Position numbers and translations under genes: made by a program. A model generated the notes under the pieces. The model was given only the letters and a program-made list of their open reading frames with translations, searched no databases and had not been told where the DNA came from. Shown in pieces: positions 1 through 6,912 of a stretch of 16,006 nucleotides of DNA. How positions within the stretch are numbered: position 1 is the stretch's first letter; each line of letters opens with the position of its first letter. Source of the stretch: Elusimicrobiota bacterium (GTDB taxonomy: Bacteria > Elusimicrobiota > Elusimicrobia > UBA1565); NCBI GenBank assembly GCA_043819795.1, contig JBDREN010000164.1, positions 1 through 16,006 of the forward strand. Reading direction: 5' to 3'.

Positions 1-102
1 CCCTTTGGGGAAAGCGGCGGAAGGCCTAAAAACGGCTTTCCGTTGGGCCGCTCGGCCCTTCCTTCAGTGGCCCGGACTCAGGCATAGTATCGGCCGAAGC
101 GC

Positions 103-1317
103 ATGCAAACGATCCGACCTTCCGTCGCCGCGCGAGCGCCGCTCGGGGCCATGCTCTTGGGCGTGGTCCTGGCCGGGCACCATCTGTTCGGCCGCCCGGC
201 CGCGGCGGCGCATGCCGCCCTCTCGCAGGCGCAGGCGCAAATGGAGCGGAACGCGCAGCGTCGGGAGCGGGAGGTCGCGGCCCTGCCTGAGCCTAGCCTG
301 GGCCATCTGAAGGCGCTGACCGACGACATCGGGATCTTCGAGCACGCCTCCGGCACGTCGCCCAACAAGGCGCACGGCTACTGCGCTGAGGACGTAGCGC
401 GGGCCCTTGTCGCGGTCCTGATGTTCGATAAGGAAGGGGGGCGACAAGACGGGACCGCGCAGGCGCTGGCCGAAACGTATATGCGCTATCTCCGGCGCTC
501 GCAACGGAAAGACGGCGGCTTCCATCACCGCACGGACACACGCGGACGCTTGAGTGAGGAGACGACCACAGGGGACGCCTACGGCCGGGCCCTTTGGGGG
601 CTGGGCTATGCCGTCGCCCACCCGGCGAGCCCCGCGATGGGCGCTCGCGCGCGGGAGATGTTCCGCGAGGCGCTTCCCGGTTCAAAGGCTCTCGTCTGGC
701 CGCGCGCCATCGCCTACGCCCTGCTGGGACTGCATCACTACCTGACTCGTTTCCCGGACGACCCGTCGGCCAAAGAGAGCATGACCCGCCTTGCCGACGC
801 CCTTGTCGGCATGTTCGAGGCGAACTCTTCGGCCGATTGGCGATGGTTCGATGACGAGATGACCTACGACAACGCGAAGCTTCCCCAAGCCCTTCTGCTG
901 GCCTACGAGTCCACCGGCAACAAGGCCTACCTTCGCACCGCCGAGACGACGCTGGATTTCCTGGTCTCGGTGAACTTCCCCGGACGGGATATGCTCCAGG
1001 TCATCGGGAACAAAGGCTGGTACCGGCGCGGCGGTGAGCCCGCCCTCTACGACCAGCAGCCCACGGACGCCGCCTCCATGGTTGAGGCGCTTGCCGCGGC
1101 CTACCGGCTCACCGGGCGCAAGGAATACCGGGACCTGGCGCTGAAATCGTTCGGATGGTTCCTTGGCGGGAACATCGCGGGCGAACCGCTCTACGACCCG
1201 TCCACCGGCGGCTGCCGGGACGGCTTGGGCGCGGACGGGATCAACCAAAACCAGGGCGCCGAATCCAGCATCATGGCGCTGATCGCCCTGCTGACGGCGA
1301 GACAGCTCTCGCGCTGA
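103..1317 (+). CDS. Six-hairpin (alpha/alpha)6 glycosidase-like protein, resembling the C-terminal domain of long GT4 glycosyltransferase fusions; possible N-terminal signal or anchor
   Basis: 404 aa ORF with motifs LTDDIGIFEHA, GYCAEDVARAL, GRALWGLG, WRWFDDEMTYDNAKLPQALL, IGNKGWY, YDQQPTDA, GGCRDGL and NQNQGAES. Hydrophobic N-terminus (MLLGVVLAG...AAAAHA). The start could be ATG 151. Confidence 0.75.
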   Translation: MQTIRPSVAARAPLGAMLLGVVLAGHHLFGRPAAAAHAALSQAQAQMERNAQRREREVAALPEPSLGHLKALTDDIGIFEHASGTSPNKAHGYCAEDVARALVAVLMFDKEGGRQDGTAQALAETYMRYLRRSQRKDGGFHHRTDTRGRLSEETTTGDAYGRALWGLGYAVAHPASPAMGARAREMFREALPGSKALVWPRAIAYALLGLHHYLTRFPDDPSAKESMTRLADALVGMFEANSSADWRWFDDEMTYDNAKLPQALLLAYESTGNKAYLRTAETTLDFLVSVNFPGRDMLQVIGNKGWYRRGGEPALYDQQPTDAASMVEALAAAYRLTGRKEYRDLALKSFGWFLGGNIAGEPLYDPSTGGCRDGLGADGINQNQGAESSIMALIALLTARQLSR

Positions 1318-1450
1318 GCGCACGGGCGAAGGGGCGTCCAGGGCTGACCAAGACTCGACAAAAAGTCGACAATAATTCGCTGCCGGGTCCTCAAATTGGC
1401 CGCTCTTATTGGATGGAAAGCGCGTATTTTGCAGCGTAATTTGGCAACAC

Positions 1451-1512
1451 GCCCAGTGGTAGGACGTAAGCTTCCCAAGCTTTAGACGAGGGTTCGATTC
1501 CCTTCACCCGCT
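1451..1512 (+). pseudogene. tRNA-Gly(CCC)-like sequence missing the 5' acceptor strand (tRNA fragment or pseudo-tRNA)
   Basis: D arm gccc-agtggta-ggac (1451-1465, one mismatch), anticodon arm taagc-ttCCCaa-gcttt (anticodon 1474-1476), T arm gaggg-ttcgatt-ccctt, 3' acceptor cacccgc plus discriminator t (1505-1512). The expected 5' strand gcgggtg is replaced by tggcaac (1442-1448), which does not pair. No encoded CCA. Confidence 0.85.
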
Positions 1513-1521
1513 ATCGGATTT

Positions 1522-1562
1522 GGAAGGCGGTTCGCGCGCAGCGCGGACCGCTTCCTTTAGTT
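1522..1562 (+). terminator. GC-rich hairpin with short T tract; probable intrinsic terminator after the tRNA-like sequence
   Basis: ggaaggcggttcgcgc-gca-gcgcggaccgcttcc followed by tttagtt. Confidence 0.55.
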
Positions 1563-1615
1563 CTCAGATAGCGGGCGGTGCCGCTCCTCGCCTTCACAGA
1601 GAAGGTGCGCCCGCT
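1545..1615 (+). repeat. Intergenic repeat family A, copy 1 (71 bp)
   Basis: Aligns by eye to 6698-6767 with 7 substitutions and 1 gap. Contains stems agcgggc...gcccgct and gccttc-acaga-gaaggt. Confidence 0.9.
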
Positions 1616-1638
1616 AACGTTTTTCGACCCATGAGATG

Positions 1639-1689
1639 GACCGGCCCTCGTGCCGGTCCTCCGCGTTATGGGCTTGGTGCGAGGGTTCG
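1639..1689 (+). repeat. Palindromic repeat family B, internally deleted copy
   Basis: gaccggccctcgtgccgg matches 9654-9671 at 17/18; gtcctccgcgttatgggcttgg (1656-1677) is identical to 9731-9752. Confidence 0.85.
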
Positions 1690-1760
1690 ATCCTGAGACC
1701 GGCCGGGCTCAGGCCCCCGGGCTTTTACGGTGCGGCGTTGAGGTCCACGACAAGACGCCG

Positions 1761-1904
1761 ATGGAGAAACTGAAGAACGTCTGCCCGGATGATGTTTACG
1801 CCGGACAGATGGAGGAGTTTCTGAAGCGGCGGGCCGAGAAAAAACGGCTCACGCCGGAGAAACGGCGGGCATACGACCGAGCCCGGCGGCTCGAATCGCA
1901 ATGA
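1761..1904 (+). CDS. Small basic hypothetical protein (47 aa), possibly a gene remnant
   Basis: MEKLKNVCPDDVYAGQMEEFLKRRAEKKRLTPEKRRAYDRARRLESQ reads as a charged helix with plausible codon usage. No clear RBS; the upstream extension to 1650 runs through repeat B. Confidence 0.3.
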   Translation: MEKLKNVCPDDVYAGQMEEFLKRRAEKKRLTPEKRRAYDRARRLESQ

Positions 1905-1972
1905 TCGAACACGGAAGAAGAGTCCCGAAACGATTGACCCGCGACACGCGATGACGCGCGAAATCGCCCATA

Positions 1973-4498
1973 TTATTTGAGCCTCAGCCAGACGCGGTCT
2001 TTGCGGGCCTTGGCGCCGGCGCGCATCGTCGGCGTCTGCTCGACGTTCTGGATCCTCGCCTCACGCTCGACGTTCGGCCCGACGTAGGAGAACAGCTCCT
2101 CGGTGGATATTTTCTTGTCGCCGCCGGCGTCGGCCGCGCCCCGCAGGCCCTTGAGGATGAAGTACGTCAGCAGGCCGTGCCGGGCCTTGGGGTAGAACGT
2201 GCTGATCTGCGAGCCGCGCGCGGCGGCAAGGACTACGGTATTGGCGCCGACGCTCTTCTCGCTGTCGACCTGAATCACCAGGGGCCGCGCGCCCTTGGCG
2301 ATGACGGAGCGGCCGCCCGCGCCCGAGAAGCAGGCGTCGAGCACGACGGTCACATCCTTGGTCGGAAGACCGGCCAGCGTCGCGTAGAGCCGCTTGATCG
2401 GAAAAGCGGTGGATTCGGTGTAGGACGGGTCGCCGTCGTACGGGATCAGATAGCCCTTGCCGGTGGCCGGATTGGGCGCCCCGTGGCCCGCGTAGTAGAC
2501 GAAGACGCGGCTTTTCTCCGTCACGCGGTTTTTAAGCCAGCGCCCCAGATATTTCTCCAGATCGGTGCGGGTCGCCCGCTCGTCGCGCAGCAGCGCCACG
2601 TTGCGGGGATCGTAGCCCATGGCCTTCGTGAGGTAGGCATGCACGGCTTGCGCGTCGCGCGCGGCGTACTCCACTTTCGGGACGTCGCGGTACTTCTCGA
2701 TGCCGATGACCACCGCGTAGGCGTCGGGATCGACCGGGGTGCTGGCCTCCGGCGGCACGTCCACGTCCGACTCCGGCACGGCGGGCTCGGTGCTGGAAGG
2801 GCTCTCCCGCCCCTTAACGGTCACGAGGTTTATGGAAGGAGCCGCGCGGCCGACCTCGAGATCGAGCGCGACGGTCGCGCCGTATCTTCCCCGCGCCTCG
2901 CTCAGCTCGGCGGAGAGCGGCAGGCGGCCGCCCTGGAAGCGGTTGTTGACGAGGAACTGGAACTTCGCCTTGCGGGCTTCGCCGGACGCGAGGTCGCCGA
3001 GCGACGCGGAATTGTCGCCGGAGGGGAAGATGTCGCGGCTCTCGATCACGAGCTTCGCGGCGGCCCCCTTTGCCGGACCGGCGCCGGTGTTCTTGACCGT
3101 CACCGTCACGCGCGTGATTTCGCCCGCCTTCACCACGTCGCCGGCGAGGGCGATATCGACGACCTCGAGCTTCGGCGCCGCGAAGGCCCGGGTCTCGAAT
3201 TCGATCGCCTGGGGCGGGGCGTCGAAGCCGTTACCCTCCTTGACGTCGATCTGGACGCGAACCTTCCCCGCGGGGAGCTCTTCCGAGGCCTCGACGGGCA
3301 CGGCCTTGGTCACCGACCGCCCCGGACGCAGCGCCCCCGCGTCCACGGAGCGGGGGATGCTCAAGCCGGCCAGCGAAGCGTGGCTGGGGACCACGCGCAG
3401 GGCGTAGGCCGGGCCGGGTCCTTCGTTCTTGATGACGACTTGGATCGTCCCCCTGCTGCCGCCGTGCAGCACGTCGTCGCCCGAAGGCTCGTGGAAGGAC
3501 ACCTTGACCGCGAGCGTGGCGGAGGCGGTGGGCTTCGGGATATCCCCGCCGGCGTAAGCCGCGGCGGGGACCCGCCAGATCTTGATCGTCTCGTCGTCGC
3601 TTCCGGAGACGACGGTCTCCCCGTCGGGAGAAAAGGCGACCGCGTTCACGGGGCCGATATGCCCTTTCCAGGTCGCGATCGTCTTTCCCGTGTCGGCGGC
3701 CCAGAGCCGGATGCTGTTGTCGCGGCTGCCCGAGGCGACGAGCCGTCCGTCCGGGGAGAACGCGGCGGCGGTGACCCATTTCCGGTGCCCTCGCCACACG
3801 GCCAGCTGCTTGCCGGCCTTGGCGTCCCACAGCCGGAGCGTCTTATCGCCGCTGCCCGAAAGCACGGTCTTGCCGTCGGGCGAGAAGGCGACGGCGAGGA
3901 CGTCGGCCGAGTGTCCGAGGCAGTTGGCGAGCTGCTTGCCCGAGCTCGCGTCCCAGAGGCGGACGCTCATGTCGAGGCTGGCGGAGGCGGCCATTTGGCC
4001 GTCCGGGGAGTAGGCCACCGCGTTTACCGGCCATTTGTGGCCCGACAGCACCGCGCGCGTCTCGCCCGACGCCACGTCCCAGATCCGGACGGTCTTGTCG
4101 GCGGAGCCGGAAATGAACCTCTTGCCGTCGGGGGAGAACGCCACGGACTTTACCGGCGAAAGGTGCCCGCGAAACTCCACGCCGCGGCCTCCGGCCCCCA
4201 GATCCCATAGCTTCACGACCTTGTCGTCCCCGCCGGACAGGGCCTTGCGGCCGTCGGGAGAGAAGGCGACGGAGCGGACCATGCCCGCGTGTCCCCGCCA
4301 GGAATGGAGCTGTTTGCCGGTCTTCGCGTCCCAAAGGTGGAGGGTGCCGTCGCTCGCCGTGAGGATCCGCGCGCCGTCCGGGGAGAACGCAACCGCCGTG
4401 ACGACCCGCGTCGTCCCTTTCCCGGTCAGGATCAGGGACCGCGCCGCTGCGGCCGGGGCGGCGAGCGCGAGAATAAGTCCGGCCAGCCAGATCCGCAT
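1973..4498 (-). CDS. Secreted caspase-family (peptidase C14) protein with 7 WD40 repeats and two Ig/CARDB-like domains
   Basis: ATG 4498 preceded by GAGG; signal peptide MRIWLAGLILALAAPAAAA; seven repeats of the GH..V..VAFSPDG....SGS.D....WD type; two beta-sandwich-like segments (VIKNEGPGPA, VKNTGAGPA); C-terminal YAVVIGIEKY, YYAGHG and VVLDACFSG, giving an intact His-Cys dyad. 841 aa. Confidence 0.92.
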   Translation of the reverse strand: MRIWLAGLILALAAPAAAARSLILTGKGTTRVVTAVAFSPDGARILTASDGTLHLWDAKTGKQLHSWRGHAGMVRSVAFSPDGRKALSGGDDKVVKLWDLGAGGRGVEFRGHLSPVKSVAFSPDGKRFISGSADKTVRIWDVASGETRAVLSGHKWPVNAVAYSPDGQMAASASLDMSVRLWDASSGKQLANCLGHSADVLAVAFSPDGKTVLSGSGDKTLRLWDAKAGKQLAVWRGHRKWVTAAAFSPDGRLVASGSRDNSIRLWAADTGKTIATWKGHIGPVNAVAFSPDGETVVSGSDDETIKIWRVPAAAYAGGDIPKPTASATLAVKVSFHEPSGDDVLHGGSRGTIQVVIKNEGPGPAYALRVVPSHASLAGLSIPRSVDAGALRPGRSVTKAVPVEASEELPAGKVRVQIDVKEGNGFDAPPQAIEFETRAFAAPKLEVVDIALAGDVVKAGEITRVTVTVKNTGAGPAKGAAAKLVIESRDIFPSGDNSASLGDLASGEARKAKFQFLVNNRFQGGRLPLSAELSEARGRYGATVALDLEVGRAAPSINLVTVKGRESPSSTEPAVPESDVDVPPEASTPVDPDAYAVVIGIEKYRDVPKVEYAARDAQAVHAYLTKAMGYDPRNVALLRDERATRTDLEKYLGRWLKNRVTEKSRVFVYYAGHGAPNPATGKGYLIPYDGDPSYTESTAFPIKRLYATLAGLPTKDVTVVLDACFSGAGGRSVIAKGARPLVIQVDSEKSVGANTVVLAAARGSQISTFYPKARHGLLTYFILKGLRGAADAGGDKKISTEELFSYVGPNVEREARIQNVEQTPTMRAGAKARKDRVWLRLK

Positions 4499-4526
4499 TT
4501 GGACCTCGGTTAGGAGCCGGTGAAGC

Positions 4527-5729
4527 TCAGTAGACCTTGTGCTCGCGGATCTCCTTGGCCTTCTGCTTGAGACTCTCAATCTCCGCGGGGTCGAGATAAG
4601 TCTCGAACTTCTCCATGATGACCGGGTACATATTCTGGATCGTCGTGGCCATGGCGTCGCTGCGGCCGTCGAAGACCAGGTTCTCGCCGGGCTTGAGCCC
4701 CACTGGAATCTCCAGCTGGCCGGCGCAGGGGTCGTTGACGATGCGGATGTTGTGGGCCGGAGAGTATGCCTCGGTCCCCTTCACTTCGACGGGGTCGAGC
4801 TCGAGCTTCTTGACCCACAGCTTCTCGCCCGAGAGCGGCTCCTGCATGATGAAGTACATCCAGCCGCTGGTCGTCATGGTGAAGTTACGCTCGAAGCGCG
4901 CCAGGCCGAACGACGCGTCCTCGGCGGAGCCGGCGGTGGCGATGAGACGACCCTGCCGCGTCTTCTTGGAGCGAGTGCCGAAGAGCCGCGAGCCGGCCGC
5001 CTTGTGGGCGCCCGCGCTATGGCTCGGCGCCGTCTGGTCGTAGCTGACGATCATCTCGCCGGAGGCGAATTTCTTCGCCCATTCGTCGGTCACGCTCGAC
5101 GGCATGCCGGACGTCACCTTCACGGCCCATTTGCGCGCCAGCTTCTTCACCTTTTCGGAATTGGGGCCCCGCTTGGTGTAGGCCTTGGAGAACTTATAGA
5201 CCTGCTTCTCGATCTTGGCCTTGCGGATCGTGTTGCCGGGGGGGCCGTTGACGATCATGCGGAAGTCGCCGTGGTACTTGATCTGTGACGTTAGAAGCAC
5301 GTGCGGCGCGAGGATGACCGAGGCGCCCTTCTTTTCGTTGTACGTGATCTCGTCGCGGGAGGCGAACGGACCCGTCGTCGTCACGCCCTTGGCGATGAGT
5401 ATCTTGTCCAGATCGTTGCCCATCGAGGCGGAAAAGCCTTTGCCCACCTTGGAGTAGAGCGGATCGGCCAGGGAGCTTTCGGAGAGCTCCTGACCCTTGT
5501 AGGCGGGGTTCACCACGGCGACCGTCACGGGAACCCGCTCGGCGGTCGGCATTTCCGGCGGATTGTACGTCATCGCGTACTTTCCGCCCCACGGGGAAGA
5601 GCCCGGCGGCATGGTCTCGAGATAGACCCTCGGCGCGCAGGACGCGAGCATGACCAAGAGCGCGCCCCAGGACAGGGCGCCGACGGACAGACAGCTTTTA
5701 TGACTGAGCGCGGAGCGGCATTTTTTCAT
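4527..5729 (-). CDS. Lipoprotein, HpaA / neuraminyllactose-binding hemagglutinin (NLBH)-like family
   Basis: Lipobox LASC at Cys31. Segments DLDKILIAKG..GPF.SRDEITYNEKKGA, GWMYFIMQEPLSGE and C-terminal IQNMYPVIMEKFETYLDPAEIESLKQKAKEIR resemble my recollection of Helicobacter HpaA motifs. The stop lies 28 nt upstream of the caspase start. Confidence 0.7.
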   Translation of the reverse strand: MKKCRSALSHKSCLSVGALSWGALLVMLASCAPRVYLETMPPGSSPWGGKYAMTYNPPEMPTAERVPVTVAVVNPAYKGQELSESSLADPLYSKVGKGFSASMGNDLDKILIAKGVTTTGPFASRDEITYNEKKGASVILAPHVLLTSQIKYHGDFRMIVNGPPGNTIRKAKIEKQVYKFSKAYTKRGPNSEKVKKLARKWAVKVTSGMPSSVTDEWAKKFASGEMIVSYDQTAPSHSAGAHKAAGSRLFGTRSKKTRQGRLIATAGSAEDASFGLARFERNFTMTTSGWMYFIMQEPLSGEKLWVKKLELDPVEVKGTEAYSPAHNIRIVNDPCAGQLEIPVGLKPGENLVFDGRSDAMATTIQNMYPVIMEKFETYLDPAEIESLKQKAKEIREHKVY

Positions 5730-5865
5730 TATATCCTCACAAGTGATACATCGCGGAAGTATGCCATTTTATGGCCCGTTCTGTCACGGTGTCCGTGTCA
5801 CGGTCCGCGTGCGGCTGGGCGCGTATTTGGTATCCTACCATGCTTCGGCCCGCCGAAAAACAAGC
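5730..5865. promoter_or_regulatory. Divergent promoter region between the lipoprotein gene and lgt
   Basis: Relatively AT-rich. Contains palindrome tcac-aa-gtga (5738-5747), direct repeat tgtcacggt (5782 and 5796) and an extended -10-like tg-g-tatcct (5828-5836) facing lgt. Confidence 0.45.
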
Positions 5866-6648
5866 ATGCACCCCCTCATCGAACTCGGACCCATCCGATC
5901 GACCTGGAGCCTGACGCTGCTGATCGCCTGCGCCTTCTCGCTGCCGGCCATGCTCTACGAAGCGCGCTGGCGGAACGTCGAGGCTCGCCTGGTCTGGACG
6001 GCATGGCCGGGGATGGTCTTCGGCGGCCTGCTGGGCGCGCACGTCTACTATCTGCTGACCCATTCCTATTTCCTGGACGTTGACCCCTACCGCAAGCTCT
6101 TCAACGTCTTCGCCGGCATGTCGCTGCAGGGCGCCTTCATCGGCGGCAGCGCCGCGGGATTCCTCGTGCTCCGGTTCCTCAACCGGCCGGTGCTGCCGAT
6201 GCTGGACGTCGCGGCTCCGGTGATAGCTTTGGGGATCGCCATCACCAGGCTGGGCTGCCTCTCCATGGGCTGCTGCTACGGTAAGCCCACGTCATTGCCG
6301 TTCGGCATCGTCTTCACCCATCCCGTCAGCCCCGCTCCCCACGGGATCAGCCTTCACCCCACGCAGCTCTACGAATTCGTGCCGTGCCTGGCGCTCGCGC
6401 TGTTGCTGCATCTGCGGCTGAAGCGAAAGAAGGCCGCAAACGGCGAGGTGGCCGCCTTCCTGATCCTCGGGTACGGGATCATCCGCTTCCTGGTCCAGCC
6501 GCTGCGCAACGACGACGCGCACAACCTGATCTTGGGCCTGGCGCACGGCCAGTACATGGCGGCCGCGATGATCGCCGCCTCGCTGTGGTGGCTTAACCGG
6601 CTGGGGGTGAAGCTCCCGTTCGCCGGCAAGGGGACTATCCTTAAGTAG
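5866..6648 (+). CDS. lgt: Prolipoprotein diacylglyceryl transferase (Lgt family), divergent copy
   Basis: Multi-pass hydrophobic protein with GMSLQGAFIGG, LDVAAP..ALG.AITRLGCLSMGCCYGKPT.LPFG, LHPTQLYE and YGIIRFLVQPLR. ATG 5866 (MHPLIELG) fits the typical Lgt N-terminus. 260 aa. Confidence 0.9.
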   Translation: MHPLIELGPIRSTWSLTLLIACAFSLPAMLYEARWRNVEARLVWTAWPGMVFGGLLGAHVYYLLTHSYFLDVDPYRKLFNVFAGMSLQGAFIGGSAAGFLVLRFLNRPVLPMLDVAAPVIALGIAITRLGCLSMGCCYGKPTSLPFGIVFTHPVSPAPHGISLHPTQLYEFVPCLALALLLHLRLKRKKAANGEVAAFLILGYGIIRFLVQPLRNDDAHNLILGLAHGQYMAAAMIAASLWWLNRLGVKLPFAGKGTILK

Positions 6649-6697
6649 GAACGATCCATGGCGCGCGGGCCGATCCCCGCGTAGTACGTCGCTAGGA

Positions 6698-6767
6698 GGA
6701 CCGCTTCCTTAGTTCTCAGACAGCGGGCTATGCCGCTCCTCGCCCTCACAGGAAAGGTGCTCCCGCT
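6698..6767 (+). repeat. Intergenic repeat family A, copy 2 (70 bp)
   Basis: Direct-orientation match to 1545-1615. Ends cccgct and is followed by cca. Confidence 0.9.
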
Positions 6768-6912
6768 CCAAATATTACCGCCAATTCCCAGCTGAGCTCA
6801 TCATCGGAGTCTTTATGGCCCTTTCTCTCTCCGGGAAGAGTCTCGCTCGCGCGCGCTAGAGACCGCCGTTTTTTAATAAGATTAGGCGCACGCCGATCAT
6901 ACCGAGTCTGTC

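Noticed and set aside
14..51. Hairpin cggaaggcc-taaaaac-ggctttccg near the window start
   Set aside because: No T tract and no upstream context, so no function can be assigned.
1442..1512. Intact functional tRNA-Gly in the normal arrangement
   Set aside because: The acceptor stem cannot form from the upstream sequence (tggcaac versus cacccgc).
1545..1615. Glycine or other known riboswitch in repeat A
   Set aside because: Apart from ctcag there are no ordered riboswitch core motifs that I can recognise, and copy 1 does not precede a convincing gene. An Rfam search would settle it.
1650..1760. 5' part of the 84 aa ORF
   Set aside because: It starts within repeat B and has no RBS, so it is probably not coding.
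2177..4210. 677 aa plus-strand ORF, and similar long antisense ORFs (7003-8271, 7974-9677, 11487-12662, 12326-13564, 13624-14616)
   Set aside because: Antisense shadows of well-supported genes in high-GC DNA; no recognisable motifs.
4499..4579. Longer start for the caspase ORF (also the longer starts at 5743 for lgt and 9927 for the NHL gene)
   Set aside because: Downstream ATGs give proper signal peptides or family-typical N-termini, with an RBS for the caspase and NHL genes.
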